From positions 1 to 64,000 of IMG/VR virus record IMGVR_UViG_3300032245_001170: 64,000 nucleotides of DNA; one strand, given 5' to 3'. The first letter of the stretch is position 1, and the number at the start of each line of letters is the position of its first letter. A program made the translations under genes and the position numbers. The notes under the pieces were generated by a model. The model worked only from the letters and a program-made list of their open reading frames with translations, was not told the origin of the DNA and searched no databases. This document shows positions 62,595-64,000 of the stretch, one piece after another. This stretch comes from a virus.

Positions 62595-64000
62595 GGTTTA
62601 CGTCTCCTAACGCCTTTAGAATCTCCGGAAGCTCCACCGCCACCGGATCCACCACCGCTACCACCACCGGATGATGGTGCTGCGGGTCCACCTGCTGCAG
62701 ATGCAGCAATACCTACCGCATTAAGCGCAGCATTACCTGCGATAATTGCGGCAACTACCATTTGTTGTGCTTCTTCACGTTCTTGTGGGGACATATCAGC
62801 ACCTATACTTCCAAGTGCTTGTAGGGCTTCGCCCGGATCGCTAAATATTGCGCCAATTAATTCTGCAGGGTTCTCAAGTAGTACGAGGGCTGCAGCAACG
62901 TCTGCCGTAATGATAACTTTATTTCCGTTTTCATCCTGCCTAACCTCGACAGGAGTCTTTGGGGGAAGGTCCTTATACTCAAGTCCCGCTTCAGCAATTG
63001 CTTCAGCAGTTACTGCTTCGCCAGGTTTTAGGTCTTCTATAAGTGTGTTAACCTTTTCCTCTATTGATGGAGGTTCAGGTGATTCTGGTAACGGATTTTG
63101 TGGCTCTGGCTCTGGTGACACTGGTGCTGGTTCTTGTTCCAAAGGTGGTTCGACTTCCGCAGGAGGCTCCTCGGGTTCTACGGGTGGCGCTTCGGGTTCT
63201 ACCGGTGGTAGTGGCTCTTCTGTGGGTGGTAATGGCTCTTCTGTGGGAGGTTCAGTAGGCAATGGCTCAGGATCAGGAATTGCTACAGGTGGCTCCTCAG
63301 GTTCTGGAGCAGGTTCTGGAGCAGGCTCGGGTTGCGGTTCAGGTTCTGGAACAGGTTCAGGAACGGGTTCTGGTTCAGGCGCAGGCTCAGGCGCAGGTTC
63401 TGGGGTTGGCTCTGGCAAAGGCTCAGGCTGTGGTGCAGGCTCTGGTTGAGGTTCAGGAGTCGGCGCAGGTTCAGGAGCAGGTGTCGGATTGGCCGGGACC
63501 GGGTCCACTGGTGGAGTTGTAACAGCCGCTGCTGCAGCCTCTGCCGCAATACGTGCTGCCTCCGCTGCTGCGGCTAATCTTGCTGCCTCTGCAGCTGCTG
63601 CAGCTTGTCGTTCATATTCTGCTTGTACGGCCGCTGCTTCTGCCGCAACTCTAGCCGCTTCAATTGCTGCTAATCGTGCAGCTTCAACTCTTGCTGCCTC
63701 AGCTTCTGCTGCTACACGTGCCGCTTCTGCTGCCGCTGCTTGTTCTGCAGCAATTCTTGCAGCCTCTGCGGCTGCCGCTTGTTCTGCTGCAATACGTGCA
63801 GCCTCTGCTGCTGCAGCTTGTTCAGCAGCAATTCTTGCTGCTTCTGCAGCTGCTGCTGCAGCCGCTGCTGCTGCTTGTTGTGCTTCTAATTCTGCTTGAG
63901 TTAATGCGTTTGCTGCAAGCTCTACTGGAGCGTCAATCTTTGTAACGTTTGCTTGTTCAAGGGTAGATACTGTTCCGTTTTGTAAGCGAGCACCATTACG
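62591..64000 (-). CDS. Large C-terminally anchored surface-type protein with Ala-rich helix and Pro-Glu linker; 5' truncated by window
   Basis: Frame open from 64000 (RNGARLQ…) to TGA 62591; [13 protein letters not shown] repeats, (PE)n tract, hydrophobic C-terminus then RRRKP. Confidence 0.8.
   Translation of the reverse strand, partial: RNGARLQNGTVSTLEQANVTKIDAPVELAANALTQAELEAQQAAAAAAAAAAEAARIAAEQAAAAEAARIAAEQAAAAEAARIAAEQAAAAEAARVAAEAEAARVEAARLAAIEAARVAAEAAAVQAEYERQAAAAAEAARLAAAAEAARIAAEAAAAAVTTPPVDPVPANPTPAPEPAPTPEPQPEPAPQPEPLPEPTPEPAPEPAPEPEPVPEPVPEPEPQPEPAPEPAPEPEEPPVAIPDPEPLPTEPPTEEPLPPTEEPLPPVEPEAPPVEPEEPPAEVEPPLEQEPAPVSPEPEPQNPLPESPEPPSIEEKVNTLIEDLKPGEAVTAEAIAEAGLEYKDLPPKTPVEVRQDENGNKVIITADVAAALVLLENPAELIGAIFSDPGEALQALGSIGADMSPQEREEAQQMVVAAIIAGNAALNAVGIAASAAGGPAAPSSGGGSGGGSGGGGASGDSKGVRRRKP
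63090..63500 (-). repeat. Coding Pro-Glu (PEPAPEP) repeats
   Basis: Degenerate 6/12-bp periodicity; boundaries approximate. Confidence 0.8.
63540..63880 (-). repeat. Coding Ala-rich repeats (13-aa [13 protein letters not shown] x3 plus degenerate copies)
   Basis: 39-bp periodicity in translation; boundaries approximate. Confidence 0.8.

Noticed and set aside
62565-63945. Long + strand ORFs (294 aa, 136 aa and others)
   Set aside because: Antisense shadows of the Pro-Glu and Ala-rich - strand gene.
1-64000. tRNA, rRNA, integrase, transposase, introns or homing endonucleases
   Set aside because: No cloverleaf-sized spacers or diagnostic motifs; polA, recA and helicase genes appear uninterrupted.

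Overview
A 64-kb internal fragment of a large contractile-tailed dsDNA bacteriophage. Two WhiB genes and low-to-moderate GC suggest a low-GC actinobacterial host such as a freshwater lineage (inference). The + strand carries, in order: N4-gp56-type major capsid and neck genes; a long fibre/decoration block (collagen-like Gly-Pro-Thr proteins, two giant glycine-rich repeat proteins, a GT2-TPR glycosyltransferase); a Cys-rich Hint-domain protein with a cassette of small modifier-like genes; a chain of seven tiny Lys- or Cys-rich ORFs; the tail and baseplate module; and a replication/recombination module (initiator, DnaC-like loader, DnaB, primase, SNF2 helicase, SSB, PolA, RecA, Cas4-like nuclease, two resolvase-like nucleases, dNMP kinase). 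Hsp20, SpoVS and a metallophosphoesterase are interspersed. A convergent lysis/membrane cassette lies on the - strand and is truncated at the right edge. No tRNA, rRNA, CRISPR array, integrase or transposase was seen. The best leads are: (1) the 42-Cys fibre-type protein with an atypical Ser...His-Asp Hint domain, followed by a GNAT-like gene, two apparently catalytically dead 2OG-Fe(II) oxygenase folds and a Cys6 protein; (2) a +1 UUU_CGU programmed frameshift in the tail chaperone; (3) the translationally coupled microprotein chain; (4) RNA structures over ribosome-binding sites (anti-SD pseudoknot before polA, ROSE-like thermometer before hsp20); (5) a phage SpoVS. All product calls come from motif recognition by eye; no database searches were run.
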